From Fistulifera solaris (Eukaryota): a stretch of 64,000 bases of DNA. Shown here piece after piece: positions 24,484 to 37,239 of the stretch. Where the stretch lies: NCBI GenBank assembly GCA_030295235.1, contig AP026172.1:124001-188000 (forward strand), given 5' to 3'. Under the pieces are notes generated by a model. The model was not told the origin of the DNA. It did no database searches and was given only the letters and a program-made list of their open reading frames with translations. The position numbers were made by a program, and so were the translations under genes. Position 1 is the stretch's first letter. The number at the start of each line of letters is the position of its first letter.

Positions 24484-25494
24484 TCACATGATCGGACATT
24501 CCTCGGATGCTTCCATTTTCGGTAAACCTGTCGCATCGTCCCATTGCAAACCCGGGGCAATGGTTTGTACAATATCATTCGGCGGCTGTCCGTATTCTTG
24601 CACATCTTGCATCAACGTCATGAGTTGTGTCGTATTGGTAGGATCCGTTTCGTACACGTGCACCAATTTTTGAAAGCATTGATATTGTTGACAGCGTTGT
24701 TGATATTCGTGTTCGGAAAGCGTCGATTTCTTTTCCTGTAACCAACTGGGAAAGGCGGTAGCGACTTGTTTCATGGGTTCGTACATGAGATCTTTGGCCA
24801 ATAATTGTTGCATCATGGATTCCACCAAGGCATCGGGACTATTGGTGGTGTTATTGCTATTGTTGTTGGAATCGTTACTATCGGGTACGCTCATGCTTTG
24901 CAATAACTGTTGCAACATGTCGTGAGGATCCATGTCGTCTTCGGTATCATCGTCTTCTGACATTTGCTGCTGTCGTTGATTCATATCTCCTACGAGTGCA
25001 TCAATGGCGTCGTGAATGCTCTCTTTTGGATTTGTCGCTTTCGTTTGTACTGTTTTGTCCTTCTTGTGGGTATCCCTACAACTCTTCGTCTTTGTCGGTT
25101 GCGGCGTGTTATGCGACAGATTGCTTTGCGGCGAAGCCATTTCGGCTAAGATTTGCGATTGCAATTGTTCCAACTGCTGTTGAATCACAGTCTCCGATGT
25201 CAGATCCGGAAAATCATCTTGCTGCTGCATTAATTGCAAAATGTGTTCCAATTCATGCAAAGGATCAGACGGTGGTCGCGGAGGACCGGCGACCGGTCCT
25301 GTTGTTGGTTGTGAAGTAACGTTTTTTTCGCTCTTTTGTGTTGAATTCGGAGAATCCTTTTGTGATACTTTAGTTAGTTGCGGTGGTTGCGACGCTTCTA
25401 CTTCTACTTTTACTTCATCATCGTCATCGTCGAGAGCATCCAGTGCGGCATCTAAAATGGCATCAATGTCGTCCTTCTGGTTCGAATTTGTCAT
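24484..25494 (-). CDS. PEX19: Peroxisomal membrane protein import receptor PEX19
   Basis: N-terminal DDIDAILDAALD; MMQQLLAKDLMYEPMKQ; MQDVQEYGQPPNDIV; C-terminal CAAX box CPIM. Confidence 0.93.
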   Translation of the reverse strand: MTNSNQKDDIDAILDAALDALDDDDDEVKVEVEASQPPQLTKVSQKDSPNSTQKSEKNVTSQPTTGPVAGPPRPPSDPLHELEHILQLMQQQDDFPDLTSETVIQQQLEQLQSQILAEMASPQSNLSHNTPQPTKTKSCRDTHKKDKTVQTKATNPKESIHDAIDALVGDMNQRQQQMSEDDDTEDDMDPHDMLQQLLQSMSVPDSNDSNNNSNNTTNSPDALVESMMQQLLAKDLMYEPMKQVATAFPSWLQEKKSTLSEHEYQQRCQQYQCFQKLVHVYETDPTNTTQLMTLMQDVQEYGQPPNDIVQTIAPGLQWDDATGLPKMEASEECPIM

Positions 25495-26116
25495 TAGGAA
25501 GGAAGGAAGGAAGGAAGGCTTTGTAGTTGCCAATGCTTCTTCAAAATAGTTGATTCAATGTCGTCCTCTTGGCGAGTACGGTACCGTACCGGGTAGCAGA
25601 GTAAACGATGATTCTTTTATAAAAAAAAATAAATGAAAAATAATATTTTCGCGAATAGCAAGCAGAATGAAAAAGGCGACGCAATGCGATAACTGCGGGC
25701 TTTGAAGAAATAATGCAAGTGGAAGGAGAACAAGCAACACAATTTGTTCCAGTTTTATGCCATTATTCAAAACAGCACCAAGCGAACACAATATTATAAT
25801 AGTACGGTATGCTTGTGTTATTTTTTATGGATCAAGTGTTTTTCTTCACTATGAAGTAACTACTCCGTATTATTTGATGTTAACGAATTCCGGGACTCAA
25901 ATAAAGTTGAGTCGGGAAATGTACGGGTCACCGATAAGACAGTACCTGGTACCGGACGAAAAATTGGGGTCATCATACATCTTCACGCGTCGTTTCCGGA
26001 AAAAAAGACATTTTGCTTTCATTTTGCCCTTTTCTAATTTCTGATTATTCCTTCCATTGAAAGCCCTGTTGCTGTCAGCTTTTGCATCGATCTTCATTTT
26101 CATTGCTTAAGCAACC

Positions 26117-27513
26117 ATGTGGACTTTATCGAACGCGTACAGGGCGAATCGATTGCGCGAAAACAGGCTTTTGCTAGTCCTATTTGTTCTTCCGTTTTTC
26201 GCGAATGCCGTCGACACAAATCATGCCGAAAAGTTAAAACAACACATTGATATGTTTGTACCTGTCCCAGAAATCCAAGTTTTAGGGCCTACAATATTTC
26301 CTAAACCAACAGACGTTATTGAAGACGGACAGCCCGCATTGAAACCATATTCCGGAAAGCACCGTCCCGATCAAGATGCCGTCTTTGCCTACGCTTCCGA
26401 ATACAAACTGGAGAACTACGTTACCTTTATTGAATCACTCCGCGCAACTGAATTCAAAGGAGATATTGTTCTCAGTGTCAGTCAACTCAATGTTGATGAT
26501 CCCCCGACAAAAACGTACCTCGAATCCGTTCCCAATCTCGTGCTGTACGTCCCGGAGCTCGTCTGTTACAACTTTGAAGGCGAAGCCGTTGAATCGGCCA
26601 AAGGAGGTATTCGTACCTGTCAGTGTCATCACTTATACGCTGATTCCAAGGGGACACCATTGAAGGACCCTCGTCCCGCTCGGACTATTGCGACCATCCG
26701 GTACGAACTATATTGGTTATGGACGCAAAACTATCACAAGGATCGATGGATCTTGTTAGTTGACGCACGTGACACATTCTTTCAATCGGATCCTTTTGCC
26801 AATGTGCCACGTCAAACAGATCCGTCACTTCGATCGGGCGTGCTTTATTTTTTTGGAGAAAATGTGGACGCTACACGCTTGGGGAAATCCAAATCCAATA
26901 ACAAATGGTTGACGAATGCGTACGGTGATATGGTGGCGGAAGCCTTGCGAGAAAAAGCCCACCATTTGTTCGGGAGCGACCTTGGGAGAACAAGTGGCGC
27001 TCGAAGCATATGCGCGGGCCATGTCGGCCGAGTACGATGATACACGCGTTGTACTCATGGGAGCGGATCAAGGTTTTCATAACTTTCTTTACTACAGTGG
27101 GAAATTGCGGTATGCACAGGCGATTCATGATATTGTCGTGTTTGATCAAGGGATGGGTAAGTATGGGAGTCGAGTGTTTTCTATGAAAATAGCTCGCTCC
27201 ACTCACTGCGTACGCATCGATGTTTGTTGTTTGATTTACAGGAATCGTCAATAACATGGGGGCTTTACGAACCAAGGAACTGGACGAATGGGGAAACGGT
27301 CATATTCTGAAAAAATTACCAGCCAATACACACGGAAAACCTAACTACGAAGTGCTCAATTGGGATGGAACAGTTTCTCCGGTGGTACACCAATTCGACC
27401 GACACAAGTTATTGTCGGATTACTTTTTCAAACAACGAACACATGAATTTATGATGAAAATTCGACAACGCGGAGGGAAGAAGCGTAGCTTAGAAATAGT
27501 AATGATTCACTAA
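26117..27513 (+). CDS. Putative GT-A fold glycosyltransferase-like secretory protein
   Basis: N-terminal hydrophobic segment; RYELY; LLVDARDTFFQSDPF; ICSG; DQGFHN; VVHQFDRH; intron 27157-27241; indel near 26952. Confidence 0.65.
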
Positions 27514-28279
27514 AAATCTCTTCAACTTGTGCGGCGAAAAATGACTGCACCATTGGGCTGATGAAGCATTATTTTTCGGCAAGTTGAAGGTTGTAAGCTA
27601 AAGGCGGCAGCTTCTGTGGTCAAACTCTTGAAGCTTTCTATCCTATCTTATACGCTGCATTTGCAATCTTTCAGTCGTCGAGGCTAAGAATCACATGAGT
27701 CTCTTCTAGAGACCTAGCTCCTACCGGTATCTGTTGACCTCTCACTCGAAATTTGCGTCATCTTCCTCGTCATGCGTCACTGTCGTTGTGATGAGTGGAT
27801 GAGTGATGATTCCAGTTTTCGGTTCTCTACTTATTGGCATCAGATACAGACACACTGGAACTTGAAGCGCCAGTTGCAGCCGACATCGCCGCAATTATGT
27901 ATCGGCATCCAAATGGTTGTCTGAAAAAGGATGTACTAATACATCAGAAACCATGAACAAGGGCCATGAATTGTATGTCCTGTCGATGTGTCTATGTGCT
28001 GTGCAATCTAACTTACTTAACGGAACGATCTTGTAAGCCACAATTGGTAATAATTAAGACACAGTTGCCATGCCTCGTCGGTACATTAGATGCAAGAGTG
28101 GACAGTAGACTTTTTCCAATTAGTTTCTAGCTCCCTAGATTTTTGCATCGCTTCGCTAGCGTCACGTTTACCTTTTTCAAAACGTTGGCGCTTTTCATCA
28201 CAATAAAAGCCGCGACAGAATCTCGTTCGTCATAGCTCAATCCTTCGCGTCTATTTACATCTACAGCTTTATTATCATC

Positions 28280-29111
28280 ATGGAAGCACCATCCTTAGCT
28301 CAAACGCACATGCAAGGCCCCCCTCGACGTGGCTGGCAGTGGCAAGCCGCTTAACCGGGAAGAATTAGAGGCGGTCAAGGTCAAACTCGCCGCTCTCGTG
28401 GAAGAGACAGGCGCCAAAGAGCCGATTCGTATGTTCATGGACGACGTTGAAGATTCGAACTGGCGTTTCGGAGGGAAACCCGATTACTCGCTCACCAACT
28501 ACAAGTTCCTTTCACAGCGTACTCGCCAGCATCCCGAAGGCAGTCTCGAAGTGACGGTTGAGAATTTGGTCAAGACGTGGGAAATGGAACGTTCTCACAA
28601 GCTCGATCCCAAGACACACCAGTCAGTGGATCAAGAAAAATTCCGCATCTCTGCCAACGGCGGGAAAGTCTTTGAGAACATCGAGGCCAACGAGGTCGGA
28701 AACTACAACGTCCTTCTCAACTCGTGTCCGGCCAACCTCTACAACGCGGCTGAAACGACTTGGGAACAGAGCCACGACAAGTTCCACGAAGCTTTTGCCG
28801 CCTTTCCCTGGGAAGTGTTGGATGTGTATTCTCCACCACCCAAGGTAGCTTTCACTTGGCGCCACTGGGGTGAATTCACTGGATCGTACGACGGAAATGA
28901 AGGCAAGGGAGAGTACGTCGAAATGTTCGGCTTTGCGACCGCGACCGTCAACGACAAGCTGCAATTGTGCGATGTCGAAGTCTTTTACAACCCCGAGGAA
29001 TTTATCAATGTTCTCCGTGGTGCAAAGACTATTTCGGAAGTGAACGCCGCGTGGAAAACGGGAGGGTTGCCCTTTCTCCTCAGCCAAGGCATGATGAGAC
29101 AGGAGAAGTGA
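28280..29111 (+). CDS. Pathogen-related protein-like (SnoaL/NTF2-like fold)
   Basis: WRFGGKPDY, GSLEVTVENLVKTWEMERSHK, FPWEVLDVYSPPPKVAFTWRHWG; ATG at 28280 joins via an indel at the C-run 28318-28323. Confidence 0.8.
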
Positions 29112-29575
29112 GGCACTCTTCTCACTGATTGTGTTTATACAAACAAAAGTTGAAACGTTCTACCAGCGCTTGATTTTAATTTGTATGATATAGGTCTAAC
29201 AAAATAAAGATACTAAAACTGCTTTTTGGTTCTTAAGTTCGTCTACTATCATTTTTTGTTGCTGCTTTCTACGATATTGAAATCTACTAATTTAATTGCT
29301 CTGTGGATGATTTTGTGCCGAACATGCTAGTCTTACAACAAAAGACCGTAGCAGGTTTAATTGTAGCCGAGATACATCCGACTGCTTTGGTCATGATTAA
29401 TGAGTGACTCCTCTAAACTTTTGTGCCTCACCGGTACCCGCTCTTCGAATGTCTTTTGCAAAAATATTGCCAAAAGCCAAAACCAAGACGATGGCGGCCG
29501 ACTAATATATGCCCATTCGATCATACGTCGTTAAAGCACAATTACTTCAATATTAAGCACCTTCATTCAAAAGAT

Positions 29576-30569
29576 ATGGAAGCAGTACAATCAATACTTC
29601 AAAAATCCCCGCCAGCGGACTTGGAAACGGTAGGAACTGTTCGTTTTGTGTATTTATTTAGTTAATTTCTTCCGCGTCCTGGCTGAATGCCTTCGTATCT
29701 TTGACTCTTCCTTTTACGTTTTCCATAGAATTTAGAAAAGATCCGAACCAATGTCTTGAAAGACAACACCGATGCACTAGATTCCCTATCCAAGAAATAT
29801 CTCATTCCGTTGCAAGTGTGCCGTAGCGATGACCCCGGCGAACGGCCCTTTCTCAAGTGTCGATACAATCAGAAAGACGGCAAACACCGATCTCCTTGGA
29901 CGAATGCCCTGCACCCCAAGACAGACGAGCCGGAAGAAAGGGACGATTTCCGTTTGTTTGAACTTTCGTTCAACGAGGTGTGGGATGCGTACAAAAATTT
30001 GTATTATGGTCACGAGGCGGTGGGGAGTGTCTTTTGCGCGATACGTCCGATCAAAAGGTTTGGGTCCGTTTTCGGGAATGTTTGGTATTTACAAGAAAAA
30101 GTCGGGATGTGGTACATGGAATAGTGTCAGTATCGTTCACGTTGATAACGTTGGGAAAGACGATACGTTCGATTTCCGTAGTTACAAAGTCGAAACATCG
30201 GTATGGCTGGTGCTCGATGACGCTACTCTTCAAGACGGGGAGGAGATAAATACGAAGGAACAAGCCACAGACTCATTGAAAGTTGATCTCAGTGCCACTT
30301 TATCCAAAGAAGTGACGAAAGAACTGAAAATTTTGCCAAACATGTTGTTCGCCAGTCACGTTGAGAATATCGGAGAACTCATTGAAGCCAACGAAATGGA
30401 TTTACGGTCACAATTAGAGCGAGTGAGTATACCCAAATTAGTTGAAATGATGGATATGTTAATGAAGGAGAAAGAAACAAGCTTTCGTCCTCCGGTCAAT
30501 CCGCTCATGGGGATGATCATGGGTTCGGACATCCTAAAGAAGAAACTAGAAAAGCAAGGATCGAACTAA
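29576..30569 (+). CDS. Divergent F-actin capping protein beta subunit
   Basis: PFLKCRYNQKDGKHRSPWTN, NEVWDAYKNLYY, GTWNSVSIVHV, SHVENIGELIEANEMDLRSQL; intron ~29630-29728; indel near 30032. Confidence 0.8.
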
Positions 30570-30724
30570 TCGACTTTATCGCTCTCATTGGTCGTTGGAT
30601 TTATATAAATCATCAGCGATAAATGCGACATCAGTTTTTCATTGCATTAAAGCAATAAGATTTCATATTCGAAAAAACTCCATTATTATTACTGGTATAA
30701 ACAGGAAGAGAACGTTCGCATGCT

Positions 30725-31729
30725 TTATTCATCCATCCTTTGGTATTCGTCCTCCATTTCTTCGCCGTAAAAGCGTTTTCGCCCGCGTTCAATGTATCCG
30801 GAGGACCACCAGTGATTGAACTCATCAAACGAAATGCGACGGTCACTGTCGGTGTCAATTACGTTGAATGCTTTCAAAGTATAACGATCATCAAGTTCCA
30901 TTCCGAGATCCGCCAACAGAAGAGCAAACTCATGCGGAGCCATGTACCCGTCACCGTCCGCATCATAGTTGCTAAAGACCAGCAACAAGAAGGATTCATC
31001 GGCCAGAGAGTTGCGGAGGGCCGCGAACTTGCGAGATGCATGAACACCCACAAGGATGGCCAAAAGACCCACAGCTGTGATGAAGAAACCAGAGATCATG
31101 GTAATCGTCCACATTTGAGCAATATTCAGAACACCGGCAATGATGTAGAGAAGACCCCGGCCCCACACGAAGCGGAACATGTTGAAATTACGTGTAATAA
31201 TGTTGCGAAGATGTGCACGAGTACTGAGAGGATTTGTAGCCATGAAGCGTCCATCCAGAATTAGAATGAAAATACTCATAATGATCACACACATACCCAT
31301 CACAATAGCGTGGGCATTCCATGCATCGTCCTCCATGGCAAAACCGGCGAATGCTGTGCCTAGAAGACCCAGTGCACCGATGAAAGCCGGAATGCGGATA
31401 AAGGAGCTTCCCTCTTCCGCTTCGAATTTCCACTTCATCAAGTGACCGTTAAACAGACTATTGAGATGATTTTGTCTCGATTGTTCCATGTAAGCGGATT
31501 GCGCATCCTGTTCGGCTGATTCTTCTTCCCCGCGCGTGCTCGCTTCTTCTGCGTCGTACTGCGGCTCGTCTTCTTGCGGAGGATGATCGGCTATCATTAA
31601 ACCATTATTATCATCATCATTGGTTTCCTGCGTATATCCACCGTCTGATGCTGATCGCGTGGCATGATCCATTTGATGATTGGGATAATTAGCAGTGGAT
31701 GATACATTGTGCGTTCTGCGGCTGGTCAT
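30725..31729 (-). CDS. COPI-associated/TVP15-like four-TM protein with C-terminal EF-hand pair
   Basis: Four hydrophobic helices with FRFVWGRGLLYIIAG; EF-hands DADGDGYMAPHE and DTDSDRRISFDE. Confidence 0.75.
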   Translation of the reverse strand: MTSRRTHNVSSTANYPNHQMDHATRSASDGGYTQETNDDDNNGLMIADHPPQEDEPQYDAEEASTRGEEESAEQDAQSAYMEQSRQNHLNSLFNGHLMKWKFEAEEGSSFIRIPAFIGALGLLGTAFAGFAMEDDAWNAHAIVMGMCVIIMSIFILILDGRFMATNPLSTRAHLRNIITRNFNMFRFVWGRGLLYIIAGVLNIAQMWTITMISGFFITAVGLLAILVGVHASRKFAALRNSLADESFLLLVFSNYDADGDGYMAPHEFALLLADLGMELDDRYTLKAFNVIDTDSDRRISFDEFNHWWSSGYIERGRKRFYGEEMEDEYQRMDE

Positions 31730-32339
31730 TCGTTCTTCTTCCTTTTGTTTCGTAACCAACCCATTCTTTTGTTTTCCTCTTCAGAATATCCCGTTGCTAT
31801 GAAAGACAATGGATAAAATCTGCGGTGCTTACATGCAACTTGGCAGAACAATCATTCAAACAAAGGGAATACCTGCAGCGCGATTTCCGATAGCAGAGTG
31901 GCGATTGGCGAAATCATCGCGACAACTACATGCTACTGCTACATAGCTCAAATTTGAAAAATGGCAGGTAAAATTTGCCTATAAGTAAAACGTGAATGGT
32001 ATTGTGCCAACGATTGAGTACCGTTTTCGTTACGTTATTTCATTCCGGTGTTCCGTTCAGCGATTCGTTAGGCGAGCACCCACATTCACAGCGCGCGCGC
32101 AAAGCGCAACAATACAAATACGAACGAAGAGTTAGTGCAGTGTGCAGTGCAGTGCAGTGCAGTGTAGTGTTTGTAGTGACGAGGTAGGTGCACGTCAATC
32201 CGTCGAACGGCGGGAGGTCGAACTTTGCGTTGCCAAAAAAAACGTTCCCCGTTCTTCGTTGACTCATCGCAACCACAACAGCCCCTATACTTTGTATCTA
32301 TCTACCAAGTACGATTACTCCGTTCAAAAAACAAGAAAG

Positions 32340-33004
32340 ATGATGAAGAAAGCATTGTTTGCTGTGCAAGACGCAACAACCCGAGTTCTTTACGGGAAGG
32401 AAAAACAAATAACAAAAATGAGTTTCTACGACTGCGTGGATCGCAGAATCACGGGCGAAGAAGTCAAAATGGGAGAGTTCGCTGGTAACGTTCTGTTGCT
32501 CGTGAATGTTGCTTCCAAATGAGGCTTGACGAAAGTCAATTATACCCAACTTCCTCAACTCGCCGATGAGTTTGGTCCTCGTGGCTTCAAAATTCTAGCC
32601 TTTCCTTGCAATCAGTTCGGTGCGCAAGAACCTGGCACTCCCGAAGAAATTCTGGCGTTTGTCAAAAATTCGATCCAGATATGGATAAGAAATTGGTCTT
32701 TTTGAAAAGGCCGATGTGAATGGTGCACATGCGCGTGAGCCTTATTCGTTCGTAAAGAAAATTCTTCCAGGTTCGGACGGATCGGTGGATATTCGATGGA
32801 ACTTTGGTAAGCAATCGTGCAACCCTGTGTTTTCACGTATCGTTATCTAGGTTCATTAACTCAAGTGCAATCATTATTTGCTTTCTAGTGGGAAAATTTC
32901 TCATTGATCACGAAGGAACGCCTGTGGAACGTAGCGGTGGAGACCCCTTTGAATTGAAGGACTCTATTGAGAAACTTCTTCAGAAAAAAGAGTCTGCCAA
33001 ATAG
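32340..33004 (+). CDS. Glutathione peroxidase, probable selenoprotein (in-frame UGA at the active site)
   Basis: [11 protein letters not shown](32520-32522)[44 protein letters not shown]; intron 32807-32888; minor homopolymer indels 32660-32705. Confidence 0.9.
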
Positions 33005-33723
33005 AAAATTTGATGGTACGAATCTATGCCTCGTGCCAGTACTGGATTGATGTACAGAATAAAGGTGGCAAAGGACGAATGATGGTATTTACATTGTGTC
33101 AAATGCTTGAAAGATGATCTGACTTGAAAGGAATTATGCTGTTCTTTGGGTATGAATCTCGTGGTTTCTTGTCATTGTCCGAATTTCCTTTTCCATTGCT
33201 TTGTTCGGGGATGAACTCGACTGCTGCACGTTAATACAACTGGAGTAGATATTCAATCATGTCTAGTAGAATGATTGCATTGATCTTAGCGAACGGAGAG
33301 TAGATCGCGGTCGGAAAATAACATGATCGGATAGGTGTCTTTGCTCACACCTTTTTGTTCGTTCTACCTTCCTTTAAGCTACAACCGATTTAATCATTAC
33401 GAATCTATATAATGACCGATATTTTTGAAGCACGCCTCTTCTTTTTTACCTTGAAAATTCTTGTGGATCGAATTTTTCTCGCACTTGCCCGGAGTGGTAA
33501 AAAGTGGCCCGAGTGGTGTCTCAATCAAGACTGCATTTAGTCATGAGACCGGATTGTTTGTCGTTTCCTTCATTATTGTTTTTGTCGTTTCCCTTTCACA
33601 AACAAATATTCCTTTGTTGATTTTTAAAAATCTAGCGTGTTAGTCCGCGGAATGTAGGCAGTGAGCATCAGCACAGTGCGGACGTTCGACGATACAAATC
33701 AGTTGTTTCATTCAGTACCTGGT

Positions 33724-34151
33724 ATGCGTAAACGACGAATGGGCCATCCGGAGGGTGGCATCCTTCCACTTCATGGTGGAGATTTCAAATCATCCGAAAA
33801 TCGACGTAAGACGAGACGCTCTAAACAGAACAGGAAGTGTTTGATTACTCTGGGTGCATCTTTAAGCATCATGGGAATCATTGTGTGTGCTTTTATCCGA
33901 TTGAGTCCAAACAAGGCGTATGATTCGCTGAATCACATTCTCTGTGATGACGGAACTACTGTCTTGGGCCGTATCCATGATGACTATTGTGATTGCCCGG
34001 ATGGATCGGACGAAAAGCACACTTCCGCGTGTTCCCATGTACTAGTGCAAAGGGAACCTTTCGATGTCGTGATGATACTAACAAGTTATTGTTTCCTTCG
34101 AGGATTCTCGACGGCGTAAAAGATTGCGCCGATGGAAGTGATGAGTTTTGA
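33724..34151 (+). CDS. Small type II membrane protein with a glucosidase II beta (PRKCSH)-like Cys-rich LDLa domain
   Basis: TM segment then CDDGTTVLGRIHDDYCDCPDGSDEKHTSACS; an alternative frame gives FRCRDD...DGVKDCADGSDEF*. Confidence 0.65.
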
Positions 34152-34660
34152 TGGACGGAGAACTATTGCTGCATTACACATTGATCCGCATGGGGATGCT
34201 ACAAACAATGTTCTCTGCTCGAAATCATGGCACATCCCAAAATTTTGAAAGCCATTCGGCCATTGTCTGATTATTTGATTACATCCCTATGTACTGCCTC
34301 ATTGAATCAAACCATCAAACTATTTATGCAAGAAGCATAGTCCTTAAGTTAAAAGTTTCGTTGCATATAGACTGCACAACCTTAGCAAGACCTTGTACCA
34401 GGTAAACAAGTTTTCGTATCCTAGCGGTATTACTTTCTAACGAAAGAACACGTCACTCCAAGGAGATCCGTTGCAAGTTTCAAACCCGCGTGCACGTCGT
34501 TTTGCCACCATTCAAAAATCTCGTCCACCGACGACTACCAGTACCAGTAAAAGAACGACAAACATCAAAAAAGCAAACCGTTGCCGCGACTTCCTTGTGT
34601 ATGCGAAAGCCTATATCTTTCCTCGTTTCCATTTTTATCGTTTCGACTCGCTCATTTAGC

Positions 34661-35992
34661 ATGACAGCAACAAACGGCAATCACATTCTTCAGCGAATTA
34701 CCCCGCAGGATGTCTCTATGGAAATTAAACATCCCGTCGATCCGCAAGCTCTCGAGCAAGCCACAGCTATTATCCAGGAACTCCGCAATGAGCAAGGAAC
34801 GGTGGCAGATGAATCGTTATTACAAGTTGCGAAGCGTCTAGGTGATATTCCGGCAGATGCTGCGTCGTGCATTGTCTCAAAAGAGGATTGTCGCGCTGCT
34901 TTCGAGGGTCTTTCGGAACAAGATCGGACAGCTCTCACCAATATCTACAATCGCGTCAAAGCCTTCGCTACGATGCAACGAAACAGTGTACAAGATATGG
35001 AAATGGACATTCCGGGAGGAAAAGCAGGTCACACGGTTTCCGCTTGTCGGGCCGCGGGTTGCTATGCTCCAGGTGGACGTTATCCTTTGCCATCTTCGGT
35101 CATTATGACGGCCGTCACCGCACGGGCCGCCGGTTGTGAAACGGTAGTACTCGCCAGTCCCCGACCGGCACCGATCACACTGGCGGCGGCGCACTTGGCT
35201 GGTGCCGACTTGGTCTTGTGTGTGGGTGGTGCGCAAGCGATTGCGGCCATGGCGTATGGCTCGGAAACGATACCGCGATGCGATGTCATCTGTGGTCCGG
35301 GCAATAAATGGGTGACGGCGGCCAAGTCGATCGTCAATGGACATTGTGGTATTGATATGCTGGCGGGACCTTCGGAAGTGCTGGTCATTTGTGACGACAC
35401 GGCGAACCCCACGGTGGTCGCGGCCGATTTGATTGCACAGGCGGAACATGACATTGTGGCACGAGCCATTCTCCTGTGTACTTCGCACGATATTATTGAT
35501 CAAGTAGATCAAGAAGTGATCAAACAACTGGAAAGCTTACCAGAACCGAACAAGAGCACTGCTGCGGAAGCATTGAAACAGAGTTTTGCTGTACTTTGCG
35601 ATAGTATCGAACAATGTATCAAGATATCGGACGACATTGCCCCTGAGCATTTGGAAATTCAAACGCGGGATGCTATGAAAGTTGGTCAATCTTGCATGAA
35701 TTATGGAGGGCTATTTGTTGGTGAGCACGCTGCGGAAGTTTTGGGAGATTATGGTGCTGGACCCAATCACACGTTGCCCACCGGAGGAACGGGGCGCTAC
35801 ACAGGAGGGCTAAGTGTTTTTAACTTTTTGCGCATTCGTACATGGATGAGAATTGATGATAAAAATGAAAGTCAATCTATGGTGGATGACAGCATCATCA
35901 TGGCAAGATTGGAAGGTTTAGAGGGACATGCTAGAGCTGCCGAGACAAGGAGTCTCACGAAAACACCAGCGTTTAAACAACCTAAAGTATAA
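34661..35992 (+). CDS. hisD: Histidinol dehydrogenase (monofunctional)
   Basis: GCYAPGGRYPLPSSVIM, GGAQAIAAMAYG, GPGNKWVTAAK, IDMLAGPSEVLV, DLIAQAEHD, APEHLE, GDYGAGPNHTLPTGG, EGLEGHA. Confidence 0.96.
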   Translation: MTATNGNHILQRITPQDVSMEIKHPVDPQALEQATAIIQELRNEQGTVADESLLQVAKRLGDIPADAASCIVSKEDCRAAFEGLSEQDRTALTNIYNRVKAFATMQRNSVQDMEMDIPGGKAGHTVSACRAAGCYAPGGRYPLPSSVIMTAVTARAAGCETVVLASPRPAPITLAAAHLAGADLVLCVGGAQAIAAMAYGSETIPRCDVICGPGNKWVTAAKSIVNGHCGIDMLAGPSEVLVICDDTANPTVVAADLIAQAEHDIVARAILLCTSHDIIDQVDQEVIKQLESLPEPNKSTAAEALKQSFAVLCDSIEQCIKISDDIAPEHLEIQTRDAMKVGQSCMNYGGLFVGEHAAEVLGDYGAGPNHTLPTGGTGRYTGGLSVFNFLRIRTWMRIDDKNESQSMVDDSIIMARLEGLEGHARAAETRSLTKTPAFKQPKV

Positions 35993-37239
35993 GTAGTTTG
36001 TAATGGGTGAAATAATTGGCGCATTCTGTATTTTGATGATGGTTGAGCTGCTCAAATGTAGAAGGTACTTCAATAAGATGATTCTAAGATTATGTACAAA
36101 ATAAGAAACATCAAGTAAGCCGAAATTTCCATTCACCAAACCTATTTAGGATACACCTTTAGCAAGGCACAAGCAGAATGGACTAGCCGTTGTCTTGTTT
36201 TTCACTGTCAAGCAAACTTTTCAGTTCATTGATTAGGGATAGACCTATTCAAGTAATTGTTTTCAGAAAATTGTAAATCGAGAGAGCTAGACCAGACCAT
36301 GCACAAAATAATAATGAACAAACCTTTGCAGGCGAGAAGTAGTACTTATTCTATACTGCGCCGCGTCTCCCTAGCCTCTGGACTCTAGTCGTCTCCTCTG
36401 TCGAGCTAGCTAGGGCCGAGACCATTTTTAAAACTAGTCCTTTAGAGTATTACTCTCTCGACTTGTTCATAACAAAGTAAGTCGCTTAATCCAGTCTTTC
36501 CTCTGGTTGTAATAAGATCAGGGGGACGATCGCGAAGGAAAAGCCTTAAGAATGCGGTTAGTCTAAGCAAAGCGCATGAGACCTAAAACCTGAATGGCAA
36601 ACCTCTACCGGGTACTTTTTGTACGCGTCACTCTTCCCTGGTACCGGTACCTGGTACGGTACTTTTACTTCTTGCCGGATAGAAAACACTTTTTAGGAGG
36701 CTAATCGATTAAAACTGAAACACAAGACCAAGTACAGACAGGTTGATACAAGATTTCCGCTTTCTTAGTTGTGGGACTTGGATCATTCACCGTAAATTTT
36801 GGAAACACGTCAACGTACCAGGTATTGTGGACACGACATTGAAGCGTGACTGGGTGATAGTGTGAGGCAATTTCATTGAAAAATTCTGGAAGTTTGCATC
36901 GGTACGAAAAGTTCTGCAGTTCGCTGCGGAAGACAGTTCCTTGGTTCCTTGTCGACCCTAGGATGAGTTGGTTTTGGTTGCCTTGCCTTTCATTGCCTTT
37001 CTTTCGATCCAACTTCTCACGTTCAAACGCGAAGATCTCTTGATCCGAGTCATCAAAAGCTCATCCGCATAAAGCATCTTTTGCTCCAGTTCTTTGCCAC
37101 TGAAGAACGATAGTAGACGAATTAGAGAGAGCGTTATCGTGCAAGTCGAATTGATACAACAAACATTGCTCTTAGCTATACAATTTGACAGGGTCATTGA
37201 AGGACTGCGCGTTTTTTCCCCTTTCAATACACTGTAGCC

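Noticed and set aside
32134..32176. (GTGCA)n tandem run, and similar short runs at ~18029 (GCAGACT), ~21885 (TA/TG) and ~25496 (GGAA)
   Set aside because: Ordinary microsatellites with no further structure
34877..35527. Long antisense ORFs over hisD, LEU1 (55787-56542) and other genes
   Set aside because: Shadow ORFs opposite well-supported genes, with no recognisable motifs
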